A stretch of 64,000 nucleotides of DNA from NCBI GenBank assembly GCA_963662465.1, contig OY759599.1:6528001-6592000 (forward strand), given 5' to 3'. Source of the DNA: Desulfatiglandales bacterium (GTDB lineage Bacteria; Desulfobacterota; DSM-4660; Desulfatiglandales; Desulfatiglandaceae). The notes beneath the pieces are model-generated. The model was not told the origin of the DNA, did not search any database, and saw only the letters and a list, made by a program, of their open reading frames with translations. Within the stretch, counting starts at the first letter, position 1; the number at the start of each line of letters is the position of its first letter. Shown piece by piece: positions 30,667 through 40,894 of this stretch. Made by a program: the position numbers and the translations under genes.

Positions 30667-30749
30667 TTTTTTATCCTCCCCCCTAACGGGATCCTAACAT
30701 TTCCGTATTAGGTTAAATCACAACATAATTTCATATGCGAGATTGCAAT

Positions 30750-31439
30750 ATGCCGAAAGAAAAAATCCTTGTGGTGGATGACGAAGAAGACATCCTGGAA
30801 TTGGTACGATTTAACCTCTCAAAAGAAGGATATCAGGTGGTTTGCGCGGCAACCGGGGAGAAGGCCGTTGAAATGGCGCGATCAGAACTCCCGGATCTCA
30901 TGGTGCTGGATCTGATGCTGCCCGGTATGGATGGCCTTGAAGTCGCTGGATTCCTCAAGAACCACCCGGAAACGCACCATCTCCCCATTGTGATGTTGAC
31001 TGCCAAAGGGGATGAATCGGATGTCGTGACGGGTTTGGAGCTGGGAGCGGACGATTATGTCACCAAACCCTTCAGCCCGAAGATTCTGGTGGCCAGAATC
31101 AAAGCGGTCCTCCGTAGGAAGGCAACGGATACTCCGGACGATTCGGAAGTGGTCAAAATCCACAATCTGGTCATCCATCCGGGTCGCCGGGAGGTTAGAG
31201 TGGCCGGCAAACCGGTCGATTTGACCTTTACGGAATTCGGCGTTTTGAGTTATCTGGTGCGGAGGCCGGGATGGGTATTTACCCGTTCGCAGATTGTAGA
31301 TGCGGTTCGAGGGTCTGATTATTTCGTTACCGACCGTTCCGTGGATGTGCAGATAGTGGGTCTCAGGAAAAAACTGGGCAGTATGGGTCAATATATTGAA
31401 ACGGTTCGAGGCGTCGGATATCGATTCAAGGAGGAATAG
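30750..31439 (+). CDS. phoB: OmpR/PhoB family response regulator
   Basis: Receiver domain plus wHTH (DRSVDVQI, ETVRGVGY), adjacent to a PhoR-like kinase. Confidence 0.8.
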   Translation: MPKEKILVVDDEEDILELVRFNLSKEGYQVVCAATGEKAVEMARSELPDLMVLDLMLPGMDGLEVAGFLKNHPETHHLPIVMLTAKGDESDVVTGLELGADDYVTKPFSPKILVARIKAVLRRKATDTPDDSEVVKIHNLVIHPGRREVRVAGKPVDLTFTEFGVLSYLVRRPGWVFTRSQIVDAVRGSDYFVTDRSVDVQIVGLRKKLGSMGQYIETVRGVGYRFKEE

Positions 31440-31442
31440 TTT

Positions 31443-33209
31443 ATGGCGGTAAAAAGGCGGTTGTTCTGGCAGCTCTTCCCTTCCTATTTGCTGATCACCC
31501 TCATTTCTCTTGTGGCTGTCGCCTGGTACGCTTCAAGCGCCATCAGGCACTTTTATATCGAACAGACAACGACCGATCTGGAGGCCCGCGCACGTCTTTT
31601 TGAAGAGCAGATCTCGGGACGGATCAATCCTTTGGATGTCCACACCATAGACCGATTGACAAAGAAAGCCGGGAAGCATTCTTTAACCCGCTTGACCGTC
31701 ATCCTTCCTTCCGGAAGGGTCGTCGGCGATTCCCATGAAGATCTCGCCGCCATGGACAACCATGCGGATCGTCCAGAGTTCATTGGCGCCATAAAAGATC
31801 ACCGCGGCGCTTCTCTGAGGCATAGCATTACCCTTAATCAGAACTTCATGTATGTTGCGGCGCCCGTTAAAAAAGATTCCCATACAATTGCCGTGGTCAG
31901 GGCTTCTATTCCCATCAGCGCCATTGACAATGCGCTCGATGCTATCCAGGTGAAGGTGTTGCTTGCGGGGCTTGCGATGGCGATGTTTGCTGCAATCCTC
32001 AGTCTTCTGGTATCACGTCGCATTACCCGTCCCATCGAACAGATCAGAAAATGGGCCGAATCCATTGCCCGCGGCGATTTCCGACTCAAGCCGTCAGTCC
32101 GTTCATCGGGAGAGATTGAGGGCCTTTGCGTGTCGTTGAGCCATATGGCGGAAGAGCTTCGCCGGCGCATAGACCAGATAAGTCGCCGGCGTAATGAAAT
32201 GAACGCCGTGTTTTCGAGTATGATCGAAGGGGTCATCGCCCTTGACATGGAGGCGCATGTTCTCGGCATGAATCAGGCTGCCGCTAAAATCTTGTGCTGT
32301 GATCCGACCGCGGTTCAGGGAAAAGGCATACAGGAAGTGGTCCGGAACACCGCCCTCCACCAATTTGTCAGAGACGCTCTGTCGGCCCGGGACGCCGTTA
32401 CGCGGGATATCCCCATCTCTTCCGGTGGCGAGGGGCTCGTAAACGGCATCGGCGCCATACTGCGTGATGCGGATGGGAAACAAATCGGCGTTCTCATCGT
32501 CTTAAACGATGTAACGCGTCTTCGCAAACTCGAAAACATCCGGCGGGATTTTGTTTCCAATGTCTCCCATGAAATCAAAACCCCCATTACCGCCATCAAG
32601 GGCTTTGTGGAGACGCTCCTTGACGGCGCCTTAACAAACCCCGTGGATGCAAAACGGTTTCTGGAAATTATTGAAAAGCATGTGGATCGTTTGGAAGCCA
32701 TTGTAGAGGACCTCCTCAACCTGTCCAGGATCGAGCAGGGGTCGGAAAAAGAGGGGATTAAGACTATGGAAACCCGGATGACCGAAATCCTCAAAAATGC
32801 GGTGCAGGCGTGTCAGATCATCGCCGCTGAAAAAAGGATCAAGATCGAGGTTTCCTGTGCCGAAACCATCGTGGCAAAAGTTGATCCCTCGTTGTTTGAA
32901 CAGGCCATCGTGAACCTCCTCGACAACGCTGTCAAGTACAGTCATGCCGGTGGGACCGTCAGGATAGAAGCGACCCAGGGGGACTGCGTCGACATTGCCA
33001 TCAGCGACCAGGGGTGCGGCATTAACAAAAAACACCTGCCTCGTCTTTTCGAGCGATTCTATCGCGTGGACAAGGCCAGGAGCCGGCAACTGGGGGGGAC
33101 CGGCCTGGGGTTGGCTATTGTAAAACATATTGTACAGGCCCACGGCGGGCACATTTTCGTTGAAAGCACCCCCGGAAAGGGGAGCGTTTTTACCATCCGC
33201 CTGCCCTGA
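31443..33209 (+). CDS. phoR: PhoR-like sensor histidine kinase (HAMP, PAS)
   Basis: DFVSNVSHEIKTP, FERFYRVDKARSR and GGTGLGLAIVKH. Confidence 0.82.
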   Translation: MAVKRRLFWQLFPSYLLITLISLVAVAWYASSAIRHFYIEQTTTDLEARARLFEEQISGRINPLDVHTIDRLTKKAGKHSLTRLTVILPSGRVVGDSHEDLAAMDNHADRPEFIGAIKDHRGASLRHSITLNQNFMYVAAPVKKDSHTIAVVRASIPISAIDNALDAIQVKVLLAGLAMAMFAAILSLLVSRRITRPIEQIRKWAESIARGDFRLKPSVRSSGEIEGLCVSLSHMAEELRRRIDQISRRRNEMNAVFSSMIEGVIALDMEAHVLGMNQAAAKILCCDPTAVQGKGIQEVVRNTALHQFVRDALSARDAVTRDIPISSGGEGLVNGIGAILRDADGKQIGVLIVLNDVTRLRKLENIRRDFVSNVSHEIKTPITAIKGFVETLLDGALTNPVDAKRFLEIIEKHVDRLEAIVEDLLNLSRIEQGSEKEGIKTMETRMTEILKNAVQACQIIAAEKRIKIEVSCAETIVAKVDPSLFEQAIVNLLDNAVKYSHAGGTVRIEATQGDCVDIAISDQGCGINKKHLPRLFERFYRVDKARSRQLGGTGLGLAIVKHIVQAHGGHIFVESTPGKGSVFTIRLP

Positions 33210-33246
33210 CTTTACGAAATCGCGAGTTATGCGGTTAAAAACAAAA

Positions 33247-33363
33247 ACCACAGAGACACAGAGAACACGGAGAAACGCTGATTGTCTTGTTTTGGTGTAC
33301 CGTATGAACACCATTGTGGTGGATTGAATTGTTTTTCCTCTGTGTTCTCCGTGTCTCTGTGGT
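33247..33363. repeat. Inverted repeat of 9-mer units between convergent genes
   Basis: ACCACAGAGACACAGAGAACACGGAG (33247-33272) vs CTCTGTGTTCTCCGTGTCTCTGTGGT (33338-33363), 24/26 complementary. Confidence 0.75.
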
Positions 33364-33381
33364 AAAAGACCAGAATGCCGT

Positions 33382-34446
33382 TCACACCACATCCGTATCA
33401 CCATAGGCAATATGCCAATCAAGGGTGTTTAAAGGGTTGGCCCGGGGGTGTCGATAACCGATATGCCATGTTTTCGGATTAATGATTTCCGGCGCCGTTC
33501 TAAACCCCGCCCGTTTCAAAATCTTGGTCTTTGCCCGGGGGAAAAGGCAGGTCAGAAAGTCTCCCCCATGGGCCTTGACATATTGCCGTGCAAGCGAAAA
33601 AATTTCATTTCGTACCGAATCCGACCCGAAGGAAAAAGGGAACAGATCCACCAGGACGCCAAAAACCTGTCCCTTTAAGGCCATCATGCGGAGAACCATA
33701 TAGCCCAACAGCCGGCCATGACGTCGAATGGCAAAGGGTCGATAGTGAAATTCGGGGACCGAAAGATATCGCCATTGAAGATAACGACGGTCTCGAATTT
33801 GTATCACCGGGGCCATGGCGGCGTGGTTTTTCCAGAGGTCATCAAAGGCTTCATCAAAAGTATGGATGGGGTCCATGTGAAGTCCCGCCAGGCGGCTCGA
33901 AAATTTAAAAACGGCACGGGTCTTTTTTGGGCCCTGAGATGTTTTTCCCCGTCTGTTCAAAAGCGGAATCGAGTGATAAAGCATTTTGAAGGGGTTGATG
34001 GGCATCACCATCAGGGGAAGAACGGGCAGCATGCGCCAGCCCAGTCGCCCCGTGAAGCCGGGAAGCGACCGGTCGTTGGGAAATCCCCATACCACGTTAA
34101 TGCCGCAATGGGTTTCCATAAAATTATACAGTTCACGGGCCAGAGCGGAAAACATGCCTTGTCCGCGGTACTGGGGATGAATCATGGTATCACATGAAAA
34201 GGCCAGCAGGGTTTCTTTGCCCTCGATGAAAAACCGGGTCGGAATGGCGGCATACTGGCCTACAATGATGCCGTTCGCTTCGGCCAGGAAGCAAAATCCC
34301 GGACCGGCGGGGTTATTTTGAAACTGCCATTGCCAGGTGGATCTTTTGAGGCGCACCGGATCAAGATCTCCGAAGACCACTCGGCGAAGGTTCAGGATCT
34401 GCGTTTCATCGCCATCCTCATAGGGCTTGATGTGCCACCGGGTCAT
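33382..34446 (-). CDS. GNAT family N-acetyltransferase (two-domain)
   Basis: DTMIHPQYRGQGMF and GFPN motifs; C-terminal GDTD. Confidence 0.8.
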   Translation of the reverse strand: MTRWHIKPYEDGDETQILNLRRVVFGDLDPVRLKRSTWQWQFQNNPAGPGFCFLAEANGIIVGQYAAIPTRFFIEGKETLLAFSCDTMIHPQYRGQGMFSALARELYNFMETHCGINVVWGFPNDRSLPGFTGRLGWRMLPVLPLMVMPINPFKMLYHSIPLLNRRGKTSQGPKKTRAVFKFSSRLAGLHMDPIHTFDEAFDDLWKNHAAMAPVIQIRDRRYLQWRYLSVPEFHYRPFAIRRHGRLLGYMVLRMMALKGQVFGVLVDLFPFSFGSDSVRNEIFSLARQYVKAHGGDFLTCLFPRAKTKILKRAGFRTAPEIINPKTWHIGYRHPRANPLNTLDWHIAYGDTDVV

Positions 34447-35816
34447 CCCTTCAGGAGCCTCCAGAAAAGTTTTCCCTGGTCCATCCTCGGATGCATATGC
34501 CGACCCATAAATCCGAGAAGATAGAAAGGTCTCAAATAAAACCGGAGATAGGCCCTTCTGAGGACCGATTTCAAGGTGTTGAGGTCATGGTGAGTAAAAT
34601 TATAATGGGGATAAAGATGCGGGGGAAATGCCGCCATATCCAGGCCGGTCTGCCGGGCCAGTTCCGTACCGGGAAAGGGAACAATCAGGTGAAATGCCGC
34701 ATAGGTGGGGTTCAACCGAATGGCGAGGTTAATGGTGGCCTTCATTTCCCCCAGGGTTTCGCCGGGGAAACCGAAATTCATGAACAGGGCCGTTCGAATA
34801 CCGGCTTTGCGGGTCAAATCAAGGGCCCGAATACAGTCGGATACACGGATGCCTTTTCCGGTCTGTTTCAATATTCGGTCGCTTCCCGCTTCCACCCCAA
34901 AATGGATCAGGCGGCATCCCGCCTTTTTCATCCATTCTAAAGTTTCCTCGTCCACATCCGTCACCCGTGTCTGGCAACACCACTCGATCCCCAGATTTAG
35001 GGCGACCAGTGCCTTGCAAAGGGAAATGAGATATTTTCGGTTCAGGCCGAATTCAAGATCCATAAAATAGATGTTTTGAACCTGAAATCGCTCCTTGACG
35101 TATCGAACTTCATCTATGAGTCGATCCAGGCTTTTCTGCCTGAAACGGGCGCCATACATTCCCAGGTAGCAGAAGTGGCAGCCGTGAGGGCAGCCTCTGG
35201 ATCCCTCCATAATGGCAAAATTCTTTCCCATGAACTCATAACGGTATGTGTCCATTTTAAGAAGATGGTAGGCCGGGTAAGGAAGTTGGTTCAAATCAAC
35301 GGGGTGAGTCCTGGGTGCCGTTTTGACCAGTTGGTTCCCTTTGAGGTAGGCAATTCCTTGGATATCATCAGGAATTTCATCCCCCTGGTCTTTTTGGGCA
35401 ATCTCCAGGATAGCCAACTCAGGTTCGCCCAGGATGGCGGCCCGGGCGCCGCTTTGCCTGAGAATGGCCTCCGGACGTTCGGTCACATGGGCGCCTATCA
35501 GGTAGAGTCGGTTTCGAGGAAGATGGCGCAAGGTGTCAAAAAAGAATTGAATGTCCAGGGAGGGGCATTGCCACCGGTCATAGGGTGTTGAGGTGATGAA
35601 AATTTTTTCAAACCCCTTCGATAGCCGGCCAATGGCCGCAGGGGGCAACCGGTCCACATTGTTGTCCAGGATTTGGACGGAAAATCCATTTTTTTCAAGG
35701 AGGGCTGCGGCCAGGGTCAGCCCTAGCGGTTGCCACAGTCGTTTGAATTGCGGCTGCATCTGCCGCCTGATCCCCTGCCAATGGGGATTTATCAGCAGTA
35801 TGGCGCTGGGTTGCAT
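34443..35816 (-). CDS. B12-binding radical SAM protein
   Basis: SRGCPHGCHFC, GVEAG and GFPGET. Confidence 0.88.
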   Translation of the reverse strand: MQPSAILLINPHWQGIRRQMQPQFKRLWQPLGLTLAAALLEKNGFSVQILDNNVDRLPPAAIGRLSKGFEKIFITSTPYDRWQCPSLDIQFFFDTLRHLPRNRLYLIGAHVTERPEAILRQSGARAAILGEPELAILEIAQKDQGDEIPDDIQGIAYLKGNQLVKTAPRTHPVDLNQLPYPAYHLLKMDTYRYEFMGKNFAIMEGSRGCPHGCHFCYLGMYGARFRQKSLDRLIDEVRYVKERFQVQNIYFMDLEFGLNRKYLISLCKALVALNLGIEWCCQTRVTDVDEETLEWMKKAGCRLIHFGVEAGSDRILKQTGKGIRVSDCIRALDLTRKAGIRTALFMNFGFPGETLGEMKATINLAIRLNPTYAAFHLIVPFPGTELARQTGLDMAAFPPHLYPHYNFTHHDLNTLKSVLRRAYLRFYLRPFYLLGFMGRHMHPRMDQGKLFWRLLKG

Positions 35817-36679
35817 GGCTCTTTCCTAAAGGAAGTGGTTTTGATGTTGCGCGTCTCAAGCCCTTTTTGAAGATCTGTGTTTAACAGCAGGGCCAGATCA
35901 TTTTCCCACAAATAGTGCCAGTGACGGTATTTATGGTGGGTGTGGTGATCGCCTGACCCCGGATGAAGCATGAATTCCACCCGGGTGCAGGATTGTTTTA
36001 CGGCCGGTTGATCCAGTATCCCCAGTAGCGTGGCGCAATCCATGCGTCCCCCGGCGTTCACGAAACCGAATGAAGGGATGGTTGAAACCGGCGAAAAACA
36101 CCCCCTGGCCATCATAAACCGTGTCCATCCCCTCAAACAAACCCACTGTACCCACCGACCCGGTTTGATTCCGGGATGGGTCAATGCCCCTTTGAGCGAG
36201 GGTTCCATCATGGCCCCTCTCACGAATGGAATGTGATAGCGTTGGGCGATGTTGCGGCATACCCTGAAAATCCCCGGAAAAAGGTGGATGAACTGATGGC
36301 TGTCCAGGTGGGTGATCCTGATCCCTTTTGCCAGCACTTTTTCTACCTGAGCGCAACATTCCGCTTCAACCTGCCCATAATCCAGCTTTTGGGAAATAAT
36401 GGCCTTAAGCATCCGGTTCCTGGAGAGCAACAACCCATTTTGGGACACAAGGGTTGAAAGAGCCGTGGGCGGCAGCAGGGGCGGTTCATCCACAAGCACC
36501 AGGTGAATGCCCACATCCAGACCGGGATTTGAAACGGCCAGCCCCATGGCCTCTTCCGCCGCTTCACCCATTGCCATCAAGGATGTGCTGGTCAATAGCC
36601 CGTGTTTATAGGCGTTGATGATCCCATGGTTCACCCCGGTGGTTAACCCGAAATCATCGCCGTGGAAAATAACGCGCAT
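35792..36679 (-). CDS. ChbG/HpnK (YdjC) family carbohydrate deacetylase
   Basis: GDDFG, GIHL, HLDSHQFIH and MLHPG. Confidence 0.88.
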   Translation of the reverse strand: MRVIFHGDDFGLTTGVNHGIINAYKHGLLTSTSLMAMGEAAEEAMGLAVSNPGLDVGIHLVLVDEPPLLPPTALSTLVSQNGLLLSRNRMLKAIISQKLDYGQVEAECCAQVEKVLAKGIRITHLDSHQFIHLFPGIFRVCRNIAQRYHIPFVRGAMMEPSLKGALTHPGIKPGRWVQWVCLRGWTRFMMARGCFSPVSTIPSFGFVNAGGRMDCATLLGILDQPAVKQSCTRVEFMLHPGSGDHHTHHKYRHWHYLWENDLALLLNTDLQKGLETRNIKTTSFRKEPCNPAPYC

Positions 36680-36726
36680 GGGTCACTTATCCTTACCTTT
36701 CAGCTTTCACCTTTCAGCTTTCATCC

Positions 36727-37542
36727 CTAATCCTTCCATCGATTCTTAACCACAAGGGCAAAAAGCGCGATGATGAGCAGGGCTGCCAGCACCATCCATA
36801 ACCACCGGTATCGGCGAAAGAGGTTTTCCGGTGCAATGATTTTGATGACCGAGGTGGCGACCGCCGTGTGGTGAATGTTTTCAAGATCGTATTCAAAATA
36901 GCAGAAAACCGGGTAATCGGCCCCCGGGAGCGCTGAAAAATTCCGGATTTCAAAATCGAGGGTTTTCCCGGATCTGGGCGCCATCTGGAAGTTGAGTTGA
37001 GGGACAGGCGTGGAGAGTTCCCTGGGAAGGACCAGGGTTGTCAGAATTTTCTTTGGGTTGGCCCCGATATTTTTAATATCTAGGGAGAGTTTCCCTTTTT
37101 TATTTATTGCCACATCTTTTCCAAGGACCGCAAGGTCTGGATTGACGTTGGGTCCAACGGAAAACGTCATGCCGGAAAGGGCTGAAAAAGGGTATTGGTT
37201 TCCATCGTGAAAGTCTACGGAAACCGTCAGGGGATATCGCCCCGTTTTGATCCCCTCGGTGCTTTTTTCAAAAACGAAAGTGCCTGATCCTCCCGGATCA
37301 AGCTGCGGTTTCAATGCCGAATCGAGTATTGTCCCGAACAGGTTCAGGTGAACCTGAAGATTGTAAGCGGTGTCGGTTCCTTCATTGGCCAGGGCCACTG
37401 TTATTTTAAGTCGCTTATCCGTGGTTTCTATGGTGGTTTGGGTCTGGATTTTGAGAATGCCGGCAAAGGACGGTGTTACGCTGAACAGGGTGAACCAAAT
37501 GGCTACCAAAAGGCCGAACCGAAAATAGCGTTTTTTCATCAT
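36727..37542 (-). CDS. Exported Ig-like protein with C-terminal TM anchor; paralog of 4087-5025
   Basis: Signal peptide, NEGTDTAYN motif and C-terminal TM with basic residues. Confidence 0.6.
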   Translation of the reverse strand: MMKKRYFRFGLLVAIWFTLFSVTPSFAGILKIQTQTTIETTDKRLKITVALANEGTDTAYNLQVHLNLFGTILDSALKPQLDPGGSGTFVFEKSTEGIKTGRYPLTVSVDFHDGNQYPFSALSGMTFSVGPNVNPDLAVLGKDVAINKKGKLSLDIKNIGANPKKILTTLVLPRELSTPVPQLNFQMAPRSGKTLDFEIRNFSALPGADYPVFCYFEYDLENIHHTAVATSVIKIIAPENLFRRYRWLWMVLAALLIIALFALVVKNRWKD

Positions 37543-37599
37543 ATGAAAGATTTCTCCTTTGTCACTGTTTCCCCATACTACACCTTCTTTAATCGCCCT

Positions 37600-40500
37600 T
37601 CAAGCCTCTTGAAGGTCTGCCATGGTTTGTTGAATGCGCTGCAAAAGAAGTTTTGCGCCCATCTCCATACTCAGTTCACGGGCTTTTTCAAGGTAAGATA
37701 TCGCTATTTTCGGGCGGCTTTTGAAAATAATGCCTGCTTTTACCTGCAATGCCCTGGCTTCGTGTTTTGCCGAGCCATGTTTATGGGCCATTTTGAGAGC
37801 CTGGTTAACAAATTTAAGGCCTGTTTTATGATCGTTATTTTTTCCGTGAAGCGCCGCAAGGGCGATCAGAAGTCTTGTTCGATAGCGCCAGCCTGCATAG
37901 AGGTAGCGTTTATGCTGAATTTTGCCGCGAACATGGTTCAGGATTTTTCCGGCTCTTTCCAGGTCACCCATTTGAAGATGGTTTTCCCCCACATTGATTT
38001 CGGCATTGTGGATGGTTTCAGGGTCCCCCGTGAGAAACGCCAGTTTGAGGGCTTCCTGGTTTAACTTCAGTGCTTCATCCAGTTCCCCTTTCTCGCTATG
38101 GATCCAGCCCAGCGTGTTTAACATCCTGGGTTTCCAGAACTTTTCATCGCCCGTTTCCAAATGTTTCAGGCCCGTTTGAAGCGTGTCCTCGGCTGCTTTC
38201 AGCCTTCCAAGAGCGCCATAGATGAGACCTTTTCGGAAATGAAGCACGATATGAAAAAAGGGGCTCTTGAGGGTTTCATTCAACTGCGCCAGTTCATCGC
38301 TGACTGCCAATGCTTCGCCTAATTCTCCGGTCCAGTTGTAGTATTGAAGCAGATAGGAAAGACACCATGCCTTACTTTCGGGGTTGGTCGCTTCTTCACT
38401 GAGATCCAGCGCTTGAATCAGAAGGGGTTTGGCTTTTTTCAAGTCCCCCAAAACCGAATAGACAAATCCTTTAAAACTGGCCGCTTTAAGCATGATTTCG
38501 CCATGGTCGCGGGCCTGGGCCAGTTGAATGGCTTTTTGAAGGAAGTTCAATGCTGAAAGGGGGTTGTGACTGAAAAAAGCGGTCCAACCCATTCGAAAGA
38601 GGGCTTCGCTCTCGGCTTCGCTGTCTTTGATTTGGGTTGCTTCCCCCAGCATTTTTTGAAAGGTTCGATGGCTTTCCTTTATTTGACCCAGGCAGAATTG
38701 CATTCCCCCTTTCCATTTGTAAATTTGAAGCGATCTTTCTCCGGTATGCGCCCATTTCCCTTTCTGAAGAATATCCAGTGCCCTGTCAAAGCACATGAGG
38801 GCTTCTCCGCAGGCAAAGGACCGTTTGGCCTTGTCGCCGGCTTCAAGGGTATAGGCCAGGGCCTTTTGCCAGTCTTGGGCGTGGTAAAAATGGTAGGCCA
38901 GGAAACCGGACTGTTGGGAGAGGTTATTGCGATACAGCTTTTCAATGGCGATTCCAACGTCATGGTGATATTGCCGCCGGTTTTTCTTTAATATCTCCCG
39001 GTAGGCGATTTCCTGCATCATCTGGTGGCGAAAAAGGTATTTCCCACCGGATTCGGAAGATATTCTGTCGATGATGCCTTCCTGCTCCAGGAGGTTCAGG
39101 CTCTGTTTCAGGCGACCCGTATCTCCGGATAAACAGGCCAGCAGATGGTGAGAAAATTCTGTTCCGATGATGGCGGCCAGTTGCACCACCCGTTTTATGG
39201 AACCGGGAAGGGCATCCAGGCGGGCCGAAAGGACCCCTAGAATGGTCTGTGGAATTTCAAGGGCGTCTACATTGAGACGCAATCGGCAGATCTGGCTGTC
39301 GCAGACCATCAGGTTTCGCCGTTTAATGGTCTCCGCCATCTCGATCAGGAACAGGGGATTGCCGCCGGCATGAAGGACGATTTTGGCGGAGATGCCGCCA
39401 TCAAGACGACCGGTTCCCAAAACGGAATGCAACAGGCGCAATGAATGTGTATCCTCAAGAGATTCCAGATGAACGAAATGATCAGGCGCTTCAGGACACC
39501 ATGTTCCGTGCGTATCTCGTCCCGCGCATACCACCAGCAGTGGCCCCTGGATGGGGGAATCGGCGAGAAAAGAGAGAAAGTTCAGTGTGGTTCCGTCGAC
39601 CCATTGCATATCGTCAAAAAACAGGATCAGGGGTCTGCGGGTGACCAGGGTCGCCAGAAGATCGGCGATGGTCCTGAAGGTACGACGTTTTTCCCCTTCA
39701 AACCGGACCTGGGCGAGGTCTTCATTCCGGTTGTTGCCGAAGAGTTCAACTATTTTCTCAAGCCTGACAATGAGGTCCTGATGTTCGATGCTCGCCTTGA
39801 TTTTGCGCTGGATGGTTCTGAGACCGTCATGGTCGCTGATCCCGAAATAGCGCCGAAACATTCCCGCCACGGGGTAAAGGGCCGTGGTTTCTCCATAGGG
39901 TCTGCATCGTCCTTTAAGAAAAAGAACGCTGCTCTGTTGAAATACGGTATCCTGAAAGGTTTGCAGGAGACGTGATTTTCCGATGCCTGCTTCGCCTTCC
40001 ACGGCCACCATTTGAAATCGGCCTTTCAGCATGACGTCGCAGGTGTGCATCAGAAGGGCCAGCTCTTTTTCCCGATCGACAAAGGGGATTTCAGAAGCTT
40101 TGGTTTCCCGTAAGTGCATTGGGTCGACCTCTCCCTGAAGTGAGAAAACCGTTACCGGCGCCATCTTGCCTTTGATTTTGAACTCACCTTCCTTATGGAA
40201 AAGAAAAAAGTCCTGGGCCGCTTCTTTGACGGGGCTCGAAACCAGGATGCCTCCCGGGGGGGCCAGCGCTTCGAGCCGTGCTGCCAGGTTGGTGGTATCG
40301 CCGATGGCGGTGTAATCCAGCCTCAGGTTGTCGCCGATGGCGCCCACCACCACGGTGCCGGCGTTAATGCCGATTCGCATCCTAAACAGCACATCGAAAC
40401 GGTTTTTTATTTCCCGAGCATAACCTTTCAGCCGCCGCTGAATGCGCAATGCCGCATGGCATGCGCGGTTGATATGGTCTTCATAGGCGATGGGGGCGCC

Positions 40501-40866
40501 AAAGAGCGCCATGACCCCGTCCCCGGTATATTGATTGATGGCGCCGCCGGCGCCGTGGATTTCCTGTCCGAGGATTTCAAAACATCCGTCCATGATGTCA
40601 TGGACGTCCTCGGGATCAAGTGTTTCCGACAGGGTGGTGAAACCGGTCACATCCGCAAAAAAAACGGACACGTGTTTTCGTTCTCCCTCCAGGGCGTTGC
40701 GGTTGACCAGTATTTTTTTCAGCAGAAAAGGTGGGGTGTATTCCCTGGGAGAACGGTTGGCATAATCGGGAAAAACAGGTGAAGATACGGTTGGCAGGGG
40801 GTGGCCGCAACTTCCGCAGAAATTCATCCCTTCCGGGTTTTTAAATCGGCAGCGTGAACATTCCAT
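37600..40866 (-). CDS. Zinc-ribbon adenylate/guanylate cyclase-AAA ATPase-TPR (STAND-type) protein
   Basis: CSRC..FCGSCG, FADVTGFT, GDTTNLAARLE, Walker A GEAGIGKS, GNPLF and TPR repeats. Confidence 0.9.
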   Translation of the reverse strand: MECSRCRFKNPEGMNFCGSCGHPLPTVSSPVFPDYANRSPREYTPPFLLKKILVNRNALEGERKHVSVFFADVTGFTTLSETLDPEDVHDIMDGCFEILGQEIHGAGGAINQYTGDGVMALFGAPIAYEDHINRACHAALRIQRRLKGYAREIKNRFDVLFRMRIGINAGTVVVGAIGDNLRLDYTAIGDTTNLAARLEALAPPGGILVSSPVKEAAQDFFLFHKEGEFKIKGKMAPVTVFSLQGEVDPMHLRETKASEIPFVDREKELALLMHTCDVMLKGRFQMVAVEGEAGIGKSRLLQTFQDTVFQQSSVLFLKGRCRPYGETTALYPVAGMFRRYFGISDHDGLRTIQRKIKASIEHQDLIVRLEKIVELFGNNRNEDLAQVRFEGEKRRTFRTIADLLATLVTRRPLILFFDDMQWVDGTTLNFLSFLADSPIQGPLLVVCAGRDTHGTWCPEAPDHFVHLESLEDTHSLRLLHSVLGTGRLDGGISAKIVLHAGGNPLFLIEMAETIKRRNLMVCDSQICRLRLNVDALEIPQTILGVLSARLDALPGSIKRVVQLAAIIGTEFSHHLLACLSGDTGRLKQSLNLLEQEGIIDRISSESGGKYLFRHQMMQEIAYREILKKNRRQYHHDVGIAIEKLYRNNLSQQSGFLAYHFYHAQDWQKALAYTLEAGDKAKRSFACGEALMCFDRALDILQKGKWAHTGERSLQIYKWKGGMQFCLGQIKESHRTFQKMLGEATQIKDSEAESEALFRMGWTAFFSHNPLSALNFLQKAIQLAQARDHGEIMLKAASFKGFVYSVLGDLKKAKPLLIQALDLSEEATNPESKAWCLSYLLQYYNWTGELGEALAVSDELAQLNETLKSPFFHIVLHFRKGLIYGALGRLKAAEDTLQTGLKHLETGDEKFWKPRMLNTLGWIHSEKGELDEALKLNQEALKLAFLTGDPETIHNAEINVGENHLQMGDLERAGKILNHVRGKIQHKRYLYAGWRYRTRLLIALAALHGKNNDHKTGLKFVNQALKMAHKHGSAKHEARALQVKAGIIFKSRPKIAISYLEKARELSMEMGAKLLLQRIQQTMADLQEA

Positions 40867-40894
40867 GGTTTTATTCGAAGTGGAGACGGGGCCG

